Shown here: piece after piece, positions 18,678 through 27,538 of the stretch
How the letters are laid out: each line of letters begins with the position of its first letter
Position numbering within the stretch: the stretch's first letter is position 1
Assembly (NCBI GenBank): GCA_013911165.1
Contig: JACETR010000001.1
Coordinates: forward strand, 21,124-85,123
Reading direction: 5' to 3'
Length of the DNA stretch: 64,000 nucleotides
Source: Planctomycetota bacterium
Lineage (GTDB): Bacteria; Planctomycetota; UBA8108; UBA1146
Position numbers and translations under genes: made by a program
The notes under the pieces: generated by a model
Told to the model about the DNA's origin: nothing
Seen by the model: only the letters and a program-made list of their open reading frames with translations
Databases searched by the model: none

Positions 18678-19994
18678 CTACCGATCCAGTTCGCCAGCGA
18701 TCACATGGAAACTTGAAAGAATTGCCACCGCATCGGAAATCATTCCTCCCTCGGCAAGGCGAGGGAAAAGTCCGTAGTTGTAAAGTGAAGGGGGGCGCAC
18801 CCGCAGTCGGTAGGGTGTGTCGCTGCCGTCTGAAGCGATGAAGAAACCCAGTTCTCCACATGGGGCCTCGGTGGCACTGTAGATCGACTTCCCCTCGTCG
18901 GGTCGAATCCCGTGGCCGAGCATGACCAGTTTGAAGTGGTGGATCAGGGACTCCATGTCGTTGTAGACCGCATCCTTTTCGGGAAGGCTGGTCTTGAAGT
19001 CGTCATGAACCACTTCGCCCTGGGGCAGGGTTGCCATCGCCTGGCGAATGATTTCCAGAGATTGCTCGATCTCTTCCATTCGCTGCATGTAGCGGGCGAA
19101 GCTGTCCCCTTCCGTCTGGCTCGGAACCTTGAAGTCGTAATTTTCGTATCCGAGATAAGGGTTGTCCTTGCGGACGTCACTCGTCAAACCACTGGCTCTG
19201 CCGACAGGGCCGCTGAGTCCGTAGGACAGGGCTTTCTCGGTGGAAACCTTGCCGATGTCCTTTACGCGGTCGACGAAAATCTTGTTGTTGAGGAGCATGC
19301 CGTGAATCTCTTCGATGATCGGCGGGAACTCATCAAGGAAAGAGTACACCAGGTCCTGGAAGAACTCTGGGACGTCCCGGATGATGCCTCCCACCCGTGT
19401 CCAGCTGGTAGTCAGGCGGGCACCGCAAACCGCTTCGATGATGTCATAGACCAGTTCGCGTTTTTCAAAGGACCAAAGCATGACGCTGAAGGCACCCAGG
19501 TCCATTCCCTGCAGTCCGACACAGAGGACGTGGTCCGCAATACGCGAGAGTTCGCACATGATGACCCGCAGGGCGGCACAGCGGGGAGGGACTTCGATTC
19601 CCAGAAGTTCCTCGACAGCAACGGAGTAGCCCACATTATTGTTGATCGCGGAAAGGTAATTCATGCGATCGGAAACGGTGACCCACTGTTGGTAGGTCAT
19701 GTGCTCACCGAGTTTTTCGAATCCCGTGTGCAGGTATCCGATTTCCACATCCGCCTCAACGATGCTCTCGCCTTCAAGGGTAAAAACACTGCGAAGGGTT
19801 CCGTGCGTTGCCGGATGCTGGGGACCAAAGTTCATCACCATGCGGCCGTCACCGTCATCCTCGGTCACGGAACTCACAGAAGATGGTCGGGCTCCTGAGC
19901 GATGGTCACGCCAGCCCTTTTCCAGCTCCTTCTCCAGGGTCGCTGCAGAGGGGACCGGGGTGTTGCGGCCACTATTCTCTGGGTTTTGAGTCAC
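18678..19994 (-). CDS. nuoD: NADH-quinone oxidoreductase subunit D
   Basis: 'NFGPQHPATHGTLR', 49-kDa subunit family. GTG start at 19994 is preceded by GAGGAGG (20001-20007). It overlaps the nuoC 3' end. Confidence 0.9.
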   Translation of the reverse strand: MTQNPENSGRNTPVPSAATLEKELEKGWRDHRSGARPSSVSSVTEDDGDGRMVMNFGPQHPATHGTLRSVFTLEGESIVEADVEIGYLHTGFEKLGEHMTYQQWVTVSDRMNYLSAINNNVGYSVAVEELLGIEVPPRCAALRVIMCELSRIADHVLCVGLQGMDLGAFSVMLWSFEKRELVYDIIEAVCGARLTTSWTRVGGIIRDVPEFFQDLVYSFLDEFPPIIEEIHGMLLNNKIFVDRVKDIGKVSTEKALSYGLSGPVGRASGLTSDVRKDNPYLGYENYDFKVPSQTEGDSFARYMQRMEEIEQSLEIIRQAMATLPQGEVVHDDFKTSLPEKDAVYNDMESLIHHFKLVMLGHGIRPDEGKSIYSATEAPCGELGFFIASDGSDTPYRLRVRPPSLYNYGLFPRLAEGGMISDAVAILSSFHVIAGELDR

Positions 19995-20580
19995 GACGGA
20001 CCTCCTCGATGTACTCGGGGGTGTGCATCTGTCGACCGATGCTCGTGGGGTAGGTATCGGGCTCTTCCTCGACCATGCGGTCACCGCGGGCGACCACTTT
20101 CGGGAACTGGCGTCGCTCTTCTTTCCCCTTGAGAGGGTAGTCCTTGAGCAAGGGGAAGGCTGGGTAGTCTTCCGGCATCAGGAATCGGCGAAGATCCGGA
20201 TTGCCGTCAAAGACGATACCGAACATGTCATGGGTTTCACGCTCACCCCAGCGTGCGGAATCCCACAGATCGAAGACGGAAGGAATCGCGTTGTCACTTT
20301 CGTCGAGCCACACATGCAATCTGAAAGTGTGATTGGCGGTCAGGTTTCTCAGGACATAGACGATTTCGAAACGTTCTTCTGTGTCTTTGCCGAGATGGTC
20401 CATCGCTGTGACGTCGACGAGGAAGTTGTAGCCCTGGGAGAGTCGAAAGTTTTCGAGAAGTGCGCGCTGGTCAGCAGCACGGCAGCGCAGTGCGACCTGA
20501 CCCTGATGCTCCACGCTCTCGAGGACCTTGCTCTTGAGGTCTGCAGGCAGAGCTTCGAAAGAAGGATTGTTGTCAGCCAT
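19972..20580 (-). CDS. nuoC: NADH-quinone oxidoreductase subunit C
   Basis: 202 aa. 'WGERETHDMFGIVFDGNPDLRR' is a 30-kDa subunit motif. Confidence 0.9.
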   Translation of the reverse strand: MADNNPSFEALPADLKSKVLESVEHQGQVALRCRAADQRALLENFRLSQGYNFLVDVTAMDHLGKDTEERFEIVYVLRNLTANHTFRLHVWLDESDNAIPSVFDLWDSARWGERETHDMFGIVFDGNPDLRRFLMPEDYPAFPLLKDYPLKGKEERRQFPKVVARGDRMVEEEPDTYPTSIGRQMHTPEYIEEVRRDSKPRE

Positions 20581-21071
20581 CAGCTACCGTGCTTTCCACT
20601 GTCGAATCGGTCTTCACCAACGAGTTTTTGGATTTCAAAAACAGCGTCGAGGAGGGATTCGGGGCGGGGAGGGCAGCCGGGAACGTAAACGTCCACCGGG
20701 ATGAACTGATCGACTCCCTGAACCAGGGTGTAAGTATCAAAGACACCGCCACAGGAAGCACAGGCTCCCATGGAAATAACCCATTTCGGTTCAGGCATCT
20801 GACGGTAGATCTTTTGCAGTACCGGCATCATTTTGATGGAGATGCGGCCACTGACAATCAGCAGGTCCGATTGTCTTGGTGAAAAGCGCACCACTTCCGC
20901 TCCGAAACGGGAAATGTCATAGCGTCCGGAGAAGGTCGCCATCATTTCGATGGCGCAACATGCGGTACCAAACGGCATCGGCCAGAGTGCGTTTTTACGC
21001 CCCCAGTTGACGAGTCCGTTAACGGTGGTGGTGAGAAAGCCTTCACCTCCAATGAGACTCTCTAATCCCAT
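20580..21071 (-). CDS. nuoB: NADH-quinone oxidoreductase subunit B
   Basis: '[11 protein letters not shown]', 'GACASCGG' and 'PGCPPRPE' (N2 cluster ligands). Confidence 0.93.
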   Translation of the reverse strand: MGLESLIGGEGFLTTTVNGLVNWGRKNALWPMPFGTACCAIEMMATFSGRYDISRFGAEVVRFSPRQSDLLIVSGRISIKMMPVLQKIYRQMPEPKWVISMGACASCGGVFDTYTLVQGVDQFIPVDVYVPGCPPRPESLLDAVFEIQKLVGEDRFDSGKHGS

Positions 21072-21475
21072 TCGAGAGCTCCTCTCTTCCAGAGATAAAC
21101 CAGACCTCCTGCGAGGATCAGGATGAAAACACCCATTTCAGCGAGACCGACGATTCCCAGCTTTTTGTAGACCACTGCATAGGGAAGCAGGAAGACCGTC
21201 TCGATGTCAAAAAGGATGAACAGGATGGCGACCAGGTAGAACTTCACGGTGAAGGGTTCCCTCGCACTGTCGAGCAGGGGGACTCCACATTCGTAAATGG
21301 TTTCCTTCTCAGGGTCTCTGCGTCGGGGGCCCAGGAGTTCGGAAAGCAGCAAGAGCACGGCACCAACGATGATGGTCAAGATGGCAAAGACCGTAATGGA
21401 GAACAGATCCAGATTCGCAGCGGCAAACGCCGGCCAATGGATCGTCGGTATTGCCAGATCCGACATGGTTTGCAT
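21062..21475 (-). CDS. nuoA: NADH-quinone oxidoreductase subunit A
   Basis: 'YECG' and '[14 protein letters not shown]' (ND3-like). ATG 21475 is preceded by a GGGAGG Shine-Dalgarno motif; the ORF-track start at 21568 was judged an artefactual extension. Confidence 0.88.
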   Translation of the reverse strand: MQTMSDLAIPTIHWPAFAAANLDLFSITVFAILTIIVGAVLLLLSELLGPRRRDPEKETIYECGVPLLDSAREPFTVKFYLVAILFILFDIETVFLLPYAVVYKKLGIVGLAEMGVFILILAGGLVYLWKRGALEWD

Positions 21476-21719
21476 GTTTCCTCCCAGAGTGAACTCTGCA
21501 TCCAAGACGCAGCGAATCCGGTTCCGAGCGGTCCGGACCTCGCTGCAAAGGCTATCCTTCGCAAACACTACGGTAGTGATTCTAGATCAACCTGTTCTTC
21601 TTGAAAGCAAACTCCGACGAAAACCGAAAAGGGTTTAGCGGGTTTACCGGAGGCACTCAGGCGGGATCTTGCAGGGGGCATCCGGGGTCGTCAGCCTGCT
21701 CAGATTTTGACCCTCAGGA

Positions 21720-22640
21720 TCAGCGGGAAAGGGAAGCCGGAAGTCTGCGAATCAGGTCGAGGACCGCCGCGCCGGGAATGCTGCCTACGGGGGCGATATT
21801 CCAGCCGGGGGAAGCCAAATCCTCGTAATTTCGCGCCGTTTCGATCATTTGCTCCTGTAATCGACAAAGAATCTGCAGAGACAGCTCCAGGCATTCTGCA
21901 GGAGCGGCTGATTTCAGGGTCGATTCGACCTCTTCAGGGACATGGACACCCAAATAGCGAAGGAAAGCGAGGTTTTCCGCTTTTCGAACGGGACAAAGGC
22001 TGATCAGCAAGGGAGTGGCGAGCAAATCCGGACGGGTGGATTCAAATTCACGCCACAGTTGGGTGATCTCGTTGAGGGAAAAGAGGATCTGGGTCGTGAA
22101 AAAGTCCGCTCCGGCCCTGATTTTGGCTGCCATTCGCTCTGATTCGGGAATGGGGCTTCCCGGCCTGCCCGGAATGCAGATATTTCCCAGTCTCAAATGT
22201 GAGTCGGAGAATTCTGCTTTGAAAGCCTCGTTTGCCTCGGAGACGGTGGGGCCGGGCCATGGATGGCGGTCATGGGGGGCTCCGACGAGGACCAGGTCAT
22301 GGATGCCGTATTCACGCACGGTTTCATGGAGCCAGAGGATTTGACGGTCGAGCGGATCGTGGGCGACCACATGATTGACGATGATCGGCAGCCCAAACTC
22401 TTCACGGATTTTGCAACCGAAGACGCGACTGTCGACACGAGTCGAAAACTTGTGCTTTCTTTCTCCCCGCGAGTCGCGATTTTCCTCGTCATGAATTTCA
22501 GGAACGTTGACGGCATCAAACTGGCCGTCGGAGAGGAGTTTCTCCACACGCTTCATGCGTTTGGAGAAACCCTCTTCGCCACTTTCCCGAGTGGGGGGGA
22601 CGACTTCAAGAATCGTGGCCCCGGCCAGTTCCCAGCTCAT
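21720..22640 (-). CDS. methylenetetrahydrofolate reductase-like (MTHFR family) protein, divergent
   Basis: 306 aa. There is a weak resemblance to the MetF/MTHFR TIM-barrel layout ('LEVVPP..', 'LVLVGAP', 'ADFFTTQILF'). The assignment rests on pattern recall only. Confidence 0.4.
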   Translation of the reverse strand: MSWELAGATILEVVPPTRESGEEGFSKRMKRVEKLLSDGQFDAVNVPEIHDEENRDSRGERKHKFSTRVDSRVFGCKIREEFGLPIIVNHVVAHDPLDRQILWLHETVREYGIHDLVLVGAPHDRHPWPGPTVSEANEAFKAEFSDSHLRLGNICIPGRPGSPIPESERMAAKIRAGADFFTTQILFSLNEITQLWREFESTRPDLLATPLLISLCPVRKAENLAFLRYLGVHVPEEVESTLKSAAPAECLELSLQILCRLQEQMIETARNYEDLASPGWNIAPVGSIPGAAVLDLIRRLPASLSR

Positions 22641-22667
22641 GCAGATCCTTCCCCCTGAAGAGATGCA

Positions 22668-23297
22668 CTAGGCGTTTGCGGCAGCAAATCTCTCGCTGAC
22701 AACATTCCAGTCGACAACATTCCACCACGCCGAAACATAATCAGGGCGGCGGTTTTGGTAGTTGAGGTAGTAGGCGTGTTCCCAGACGTCGAGGCCCAGA
22801 ATCGGATCACAGACGCAATCTCCGATCCCAGCCATCAACGGGTTGTCCTGATTGGCGGAGGAGCAGACGCAAAGGCTGCCATCGCCCTTGACTCCCAGCC
22901 ATGCCCAGCCACTGCCAAAACGTGTCATCGCTGCGGCGGCAAACTGCTCCTTGAAAGCATCGAAACTGCCGAAAGCGGAATCGATTGCTGCAGCGAGATC
23001 TCCGCTGGGGTTTCCTCCACCACTGGCACTCATGCTGGTCCAGAAGAGGCTGTGATTGAAATGACCACCGCCATTGTTTCGCACTGCTCCACGAACAGCT
23101 TCTGGCAACTCCTGGATATTGCGACAGAGGTCTGCAATGTCCTGGCCTTGCAGATCCTCATGGCCTTCAAGGGCCTTGTTGAGGTTTGCAACGTAGGTGG
23201 CGTGATGTTTGCCATGGTGAATTTCCATGGTGCGGGCGTCGACATGAGGCTCGAGAGCGTCATGGGCGTATGGAAGGGCAGGGAGTTCAAAGGACAT
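22668..23297 (-). CDS. Fe/Mn-type superoxide dismutase
   Basis: '[18 protein letters not shown]', 'HHGKHH' and '[18 protein letters not shown]'. The internal ATG at 23297 is preceded by a GAGGGGG Shine-Dalgarno motif. Confidence 0.93.
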   Translation of the reverse strand: MSFELPALPYAHDALEPHVDARTMEIHHGKHHATYVANLNKALEGHEDLQGQDIADLCRNIQELPEAVRGAVRNNGGGHFNHSLFWTSMSASGGGNPSGDLAAAIDSAFGSFDAFKEQFAAAAMTRFGSGWAWLGVKGDGSLCVCSSANQDNPLMAGIGDCVCDPILGLDVWEHAYYLNYQNRRPDYVSAWWNVVDWNVVSERFAAANA

Positions 23298-23476
23298 GGA
23301 TTTCCCCCTCAAGATTTCGATCGAGAAAGTGTTGTGGCATTTCATGGATTCCCCGGCGGGTCATAGCCACAAAACCCCCGCAGGTTCACAAAGACTAAGG
23401 CTCTCAAGAGAGGGCATCAACCAAAGGGCTGTCATGGGATTCTCTCTGGAGACCGGATTGAAGTTGAGAGATCGAT

Positions 23477-23550
23477 CAGTCCTTGGAGTCGCTGAGTCCA
23501 GGAAGTCGATGAGTCCAGGAAGTCGCTGAGTCCAGGAAGTCGATGAGTCG
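23477..23550. repeat. 17-bp tandem repeat, about 4.4 copies (GAGTCCAGGAAGTCG[A/C]T)
   Basis: Copies at 23477-23493 (degenerate), 23494-23510, 23511-23527 and 23528-23544, plus a partial copy at 23545-23550. The A and C variants alternate. The period is not a multiple of 3, and the repeat is intergenic. Confidence 0.9.
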
Positions 23551-23567
23551 CACGAGAGATTCGGGGG

Positions 23568-24848
23568 CTATTCGCAGTCGAGCAGGTCCGGAGTGGGGTC
23601 TGATCCTGCATCCGGATAGGGAGCCGGCGGAGAGGGGGATCCGGAGAAAAGGAATTGCAACACAGAGACGACGTCTGAGACGTCGAGAGCGCCATCGTCA
23701 TTGGTGTCCGCTGCGTCTTCGCAGTCCACAGGGATTCCAAGGTAACAGGCTCCCAGAATCGTTTCAGCGTCTGCAATATCCAGATTGCTGTCAAGGTTGG
23801 CATCACCGCGCATGAACCACGAAATCCATGTCATGCTCCCCGGTTCAAGGTAGGCCACCGGGGTGCCATCGATCTCACAGTTATCAGGGTTGAGTCCTAT
23901 GGCCCATGGACCCCAACCGGGCTGACCCGGTTGATTGCCAGGGCGGTCGATTCGCAAGAAACCCAGAGTTTCGCCATTGAGCGGCGGCAGGGGAGTTGCT
24001 GTCACAAGGGTGCAGATCACTCCGCCAGGAGTCGTTTGGATGGTGAGGTCCCAGTTGCCATTGCTCAGGCGGTCAGCGTCACTGCCAGTGACGGTGAACT
24101 GGGTCATCAGCAGTTCGTCATATTCCAGACCCATCATGAAGGTGGAGGCGGAGTCGCTGGTCCACGCCCTGACCGGAACCAGGAAGTCTTCTGCCGTCAG
24201 AGGGGCCATCGATTCTTCAACGAGAATCAGCGGGTAATCATGAATCACGACGTCTGCGGATTGGGTTTCCGGAATCGTAACTAGACCTGATGGTGAGGTC
24301 ATCGAGATCGGAAGGGTTTCGAGATCAATCAGATTGATGGGTATGGAAAGTCCGGAAGGACTGGGGATCGGCATGGTTCCGATCCACTGGAATCGAAGGA
24401 ATGCCGCCAGGAGACCTTCACCCGTTGGGAAAAAATCAGGGCCCGGATAAACGACCTGAAATCCGCTCAGGTTGGAGTTCTGATTCAGCGTGGGAATGAG
24501 AATCGGATCAAGAAGTTCACTTTCGGTTCCTGTGAATTCCACATCGACCAGATTCAAAAGCAATTCGTCATATTCAAGACCCATTTGCCAGGTGGCGATT
24601 TCGACCTCGGAAGTCAGGTAGACAGGGACCAGAGCTTCTGCGGTTCCCGGAACGACGATCGCTTCTCCCAGTCGAATACTCTGGGGATTTCCTGAAGTAG
24701 AGGACTGCATTTGTGCTTCGGCGATGGCAGGAAGGAATCCGCCGATCAGAACCAAAAGGGCAACAATTGCTGAAAAACACCTCAAGAGGCGTCGATCAGC
24801 AAGATTCTTGTTTGGAATGAGCAGAGTTGAATTTCTGCTGGTGTTCAT
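23568..24848 (-). CDS. secreted protein with two cohesin-like modules and a C-terminal dockerin/EF-hand module
   Basis: Signal/TM segment 'AIVALLVLIGGFLPAIAEA'. Duplicated segments surround 'WQMGLEYDELLLNLVDVEFTG' and 'FMMGLEYDELLMTQFTVTG'. Dockerin-type Ca-binding repeats 'GDANLDSNLDIADAETIL' and 'DTNDDGALDVSDVVSVLQFLF'. Start set to ATG 24848. Confidence 0.7.
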   Translation of the reverse strand: MNTSRNSTLLIPNKNLADRRLLRCFSAIVALLVLIGGFLPAIAEAQMQSSTSGNPQSIRLGEAIVVPGTAEALVPVYLTSEVEIATWQMGLEYDELLLNLVDVEFTGTESELLDPILIPTLNQNSNLSGFQVVYPGPDFFPTGEGLLAAFLRFQWIGTMPIPSPSGLSIPINLIDLETLPISMTSPSGLVTIPETQSADVVIHDYPLILVEESMAPLTAEDFLVPVRAWTSDSASTFMMGLEYDELLMTQFTVTGSDADRLSNGNWDLTIQTTPGGVICTLVTATPLPPLNGETLGFLRIDRPGNQPGQPGWGPWAIGLNPDNCEIDGTPVAYLEPGSMTWISWFMRGDANLDSNLDIADAETILGACYLGIPVDCEDAADTNDDGALDVSDVVSVLQFLFSGSPSPPAPYPDAGSDPTPDLLDCE

Positions 24849-25445
24849 TCCTGTTGGCACCCTTTCGAAACCTGTTGAAGACTCGCAAGCCACTTCATTT
24901 ATCTCGAAGTAAAGTAACTGACATCGTCTATACAAACTGAATCCGTGAAAACCGGGTCGGTCGGACAATGATGGAAATTTCCGACAGGATTTAGATCCGT
25001 TTTTCATCGAGTTCTATCGATGAGTCGCAGTCAAAACGAGTCTATCCCTCCATTTGTAACTCCAGAGGGAATGGAATTCGTTCTGGCAATACGCGGAATC
25101 CTGTTTTCCGACTCCATTTCTTTCAACCCTCATTCTATATTGCCTTTCATCGGAGTAAAGTATGCCCTCGGTGAGGTTTCTGACCGGTGTCCTTCTTGAC
25201 AGTCCGGGTGGGTTTACCTAGCCTTTTCCGCAATCAGGGAGCACTTGCGAAGCGATTGAGGGCATTTCAGCCTCCTTGCAAATCCAACAGGATGAGCCTG
25301 CTGGCACAGGGCCCCTGGCAGACTCTTTGGGCACATCGCAGAGGTTTTACAGGGGTTTTACGGGCAAGTTGCGAGCTTTCAAGCTGCTCAAATGGGGCGG
25401 TTTCCAGGCTTAAGTGTCGTAGAAATAAGGGTTTAGGTGGTTTAG

Positions 25446-26456
25446 GTGGCGGTGGACTCTTCAGTGTTACCCAATTCCCTCAGCAGTTGGAAAGACCCTC
25501 TGGAAGCGACGGTTTCCCAGCGTTTGGCCAAGATTGAGCCCAATTCACTGGGGGAAGCGATTCGCAGCGCCTGTAAGGGCGGGAAGCGGATACGCCCCCT
25601 CATTTCACTGTGGTTCGGGGCCGCCCATGGGGTGGATCGTGATTCATCTCTCGGAGTGGCTTGCCTGACAGAATGGCTGCACAACGCCTTTCTGATCCAC
25701 GACGACATTCAGGATGGTGACGTCTGGCGCAGGGATGAGCCCACCTTGTGGAAAAGTCATGGTACTGCCACCGCCCTCAACGCTGCCGATTGGCTCCTCT
25801 CCGCGGTTTATTCAGAGATCACTCGACTGTCTGTAGAGGACTCAGTGCGGTCGAGATTGCTGCTGGCGGTTTCCGATGTTCATCGGCGGACCGTCGAAGG
25901 TCAGCAGTTGGATCTGGGAGGAAGGGCTGATTCCCAATTCCAGCTCTCCGACTATGAGCGGCTGGTGAAATCAAAAACCGGTCGTTATCTGGCTCTCGGG
26001 ATGGTGTGTGCGGCCATCCTTGCCGGCTTCGACGATGATTGCGTCAATTCGTTGTGGCGAGTGGGTGACCAGTTGGGGCCAGCGTTCCAGATTCAGGATG
26101 ATCTTCTGGACCTGACGCCTGAAAAGGGGCGCGGGGGAGAATTCGGGAATGATATACGAGAAGGAAAACCAAGCATCCTTTTTGCTCATTCTGTGCAGTC
26201 AGCAAGCTTGAGTGAAGCAGAGTGCAAGCGTCTCGTCGACATCATGGCGTTACCCCGTGTGGAAACCTCCGCTTCGGAAGTGGAGGAATGCATCGGCCTT
26301 TTTCAAAAAGCCGGATCCATCGATTTTGCCCGAGGTGAGGCGAAATCGCGCTCGAAAACAGGACTGGAATTGTTCGCTTCCATCTCCGGATTGTCAGGGG
26401 AAGTGCTTCAGGAGTTTGAAATGATCTGTACCTACATGACAGACAGGAGTCGTTGA
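25446..26456 (+). CDS. trans-polyprenyl diphosphate synthase (FPP/GGPP synthase family)
   Basis: First and second Asp-rich motifs 'LIHDDIQDGD' and 'FQIQDDLLD'. The exact start is uncertain (GTG 25446 or downstream). Confidence 0.88.
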   Translation: MAVDSSVLPNSLSSWKDPLEATVSQRLAKIEPNSLGEAIRSACKGGKRIRPLISLWFGAAHGVDRDSSLGVACLTEWLHNAFLIHDDIQDGDVWRRDEPTLWKSHGTATALNAADWLLSAVYSEITRLSVEDSVRSRLLLAVSDVHRRTVEGQQLDLGGRADSQFQLSDYERLVKSKTGRYLALGMVCAAILAGFDDDCVNSLWRVGDQLGPAFQIQDDLLDLTPEKGRGGEFGNDIREGKPSILFAHSVQSASLSEAECKRLVDIMALPRVETSASEVEECIGLFQKAGSIDFARGEAKSRSKTGLELFASISGLSGEVLQEFEMICTYMTDRSR

Positions 26457-27538
26457 TGTCTTCAGCAAAAGACGAAGTCCTTTTGTTGTTTGGCGGCACC
26501 TGGAGTGAGAGAGATGTCTCGATCAAGAGTGCTGCTGAGGTTCGTACCTGGTTGGAAGCTGCCGGTTTCCGTATTCGCCCGGTTCGCTGGGATGAGACGG
26601 GCTGGGTCTCGCTCGACAGTGATGACCTCGAGGCAGCAGGGGAACCACACGAACCCTGGGAATTACTGAACAGGTATTCCTCCGATGGGGTCGAGGTTGT
26701 TTTCAATTGCCTTCATGGCGGCCCTGGTGAAGACGGTACCGTTTCAGCCTGGTTGGACATGTTCAAGTTGGCCTACACCGGTGCGGGAGTGGTAGGGGGA
26801 GCCGTCTCCGCTTGCAAGATTACTTTCCGTCAAAGAGTGAAGGGGATGGGTTTCAAGGTTCCTCAGGCAGCAGTGATTCATGAGGACTATTGGAGCAAGA
26901 ACATAGATGTGGTGATCCAGCGTTTGCGATCTGCCTTTTCTGCCCCCTGGGTCGTCAAGGATCCCTACGGTGGTTCTTCTGACGGCGTGAAAGTTGTCGA
27001 CAATATGTCGCAACTTCAGGAGGCGGTCAGTGAAACTCTGAAACTTCAGCCGATGGCTCTTGTGGAGCAATATCTGGTCGGTCAGGAGTTTTCGGTTCCC
27101 TGTTTGAGTCTGCGTCAGGGAACACAGCCACAAATCCTCCAGCCGGTCGAGATTTGCCTGCCACCAGGAGTTCCCTTTGACCGACAGGTCAAAGACAACG
27201 GCAAGTATGTCGACCCCGAATCTCGAAAGTTGTGTGCTCTCGACTATCGCTGCCCACCGGATATCGATTCGAACCTTCAGCTGGAGTTGGCTCGAGCGGT
27301 GAAACAGATTCATATGGAATTGGATTTGGGAACCTGTAGCCGTACCGACCTGATTCTGACAGAAGAAGATTTCTATTTTCTGGAAACCAATACCTGTCCT
27401 GGCATGACCGAGCGAAGCCTCGTTCCTTACTCAGCAAGAGAAAGTGGACTTGAGGGAGTCGAGTTGGTCCGTCGAATGGTCGAGGGAGCCATCGCCCAGC
27501 ACCTGAAACGGTGGAGTGGAGGGGCGGGTGGTCGATAA
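26453..27538 (+). CDS. ddl: D-alanine--D-alanine ligase (ATP-grasp)
   Basis: 'LLLFGGTWSERDVSIKSA', 'WVVKDPYGGSSDGVKVV' and 'ETNTCPGMTERSLVP'. ATGA-type overlap with the upstream gene. Confidence 0.85.
   Translation: MMSSAKDEVLLLFGGTWSERDVSIKSAAEVRTWLEAAGFRIRPVRWDETGWVSLDSDDLEAAGEPHEPWELLNRYSSDGVEVVFNCLHGGPGEDGTVSAWLDMFKLAYTGAGVVGGAVSACKITFRQRVKGMGFKVPQAAVIHEDYWSKNIDVVIQRLRSAFSAPWVVKDPYGGSSDGVKVVDNMSQLQEAVSETLKLQPMALVEQYLVGQEFSVPCLSLRQGTQPQILQPVEICLPPGVPFDRQVKDNGKYVDPESRKLCALDYRCPPDIDSNLQLELARAVKQIHMELDLGTCSRTDLILTEEDFYFLETNTCPGMTERSLVPYSARESGLEGVELVRRMVEGAIAQHLKRWSGGAGGR

Noticed and set aside
16854-20084. Long N-terminal extensions in the ORF track for nuoF (to 18260), nuoD (to 20084), nuoG (to 16990), nuoA (to 21568), nuoM (to 10783), sod, SBP-A, SBP-D and oppF (57077).
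   Set aside because: The extensions are Arg/Pro/Ser-rich and overlap the preceding gene. Conserved sequence begins at internal Met or Val codons that form ATGA overlaps or follow good Shine-Dalgarno motifs.
21476-21719. Candidate sigma70-type promoter upstream of nuoA (TTTCAA..16 nt..TAGAAT on the minus strand, around 21585-21612).
   Set aside because: The -35 match is poor, and promoter consensus for this lineage is unknown. I could not support it beyond chance.
23477-23550. Possible CRISPR array (also considered for 61716-61771).
   Set aside because: The repeats are directly tandem with no spacers, the units are only 14-17 bp, and there are no cas genes in the window.
25201-25412. RNase P RNA-like fragments: AGTCCGGG (25201-25208) and CCAGGCTTA (25404-25412) resemble the conserved GAGGAAAGUCCGGGC and ACAGAACCCGGCUUA boxes.
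   Set aside because: The flanking GAGGAA and ACAGAA residues are missing, and the two boxes cannot form the P4 pairing. The spacing (~200 nt) is too short, and the conserved GGGUGAAA-type internal elements are absent.
25187-25537. 116-aa plus-strand ORF in the large intergenic region.
   Set aside because: It has no Shine-Dalgarno motif, an implausible composition ('GLGGLGGGGLF') and no recognisable family. It also runs out of frame into the polyprenyl synthase start region.
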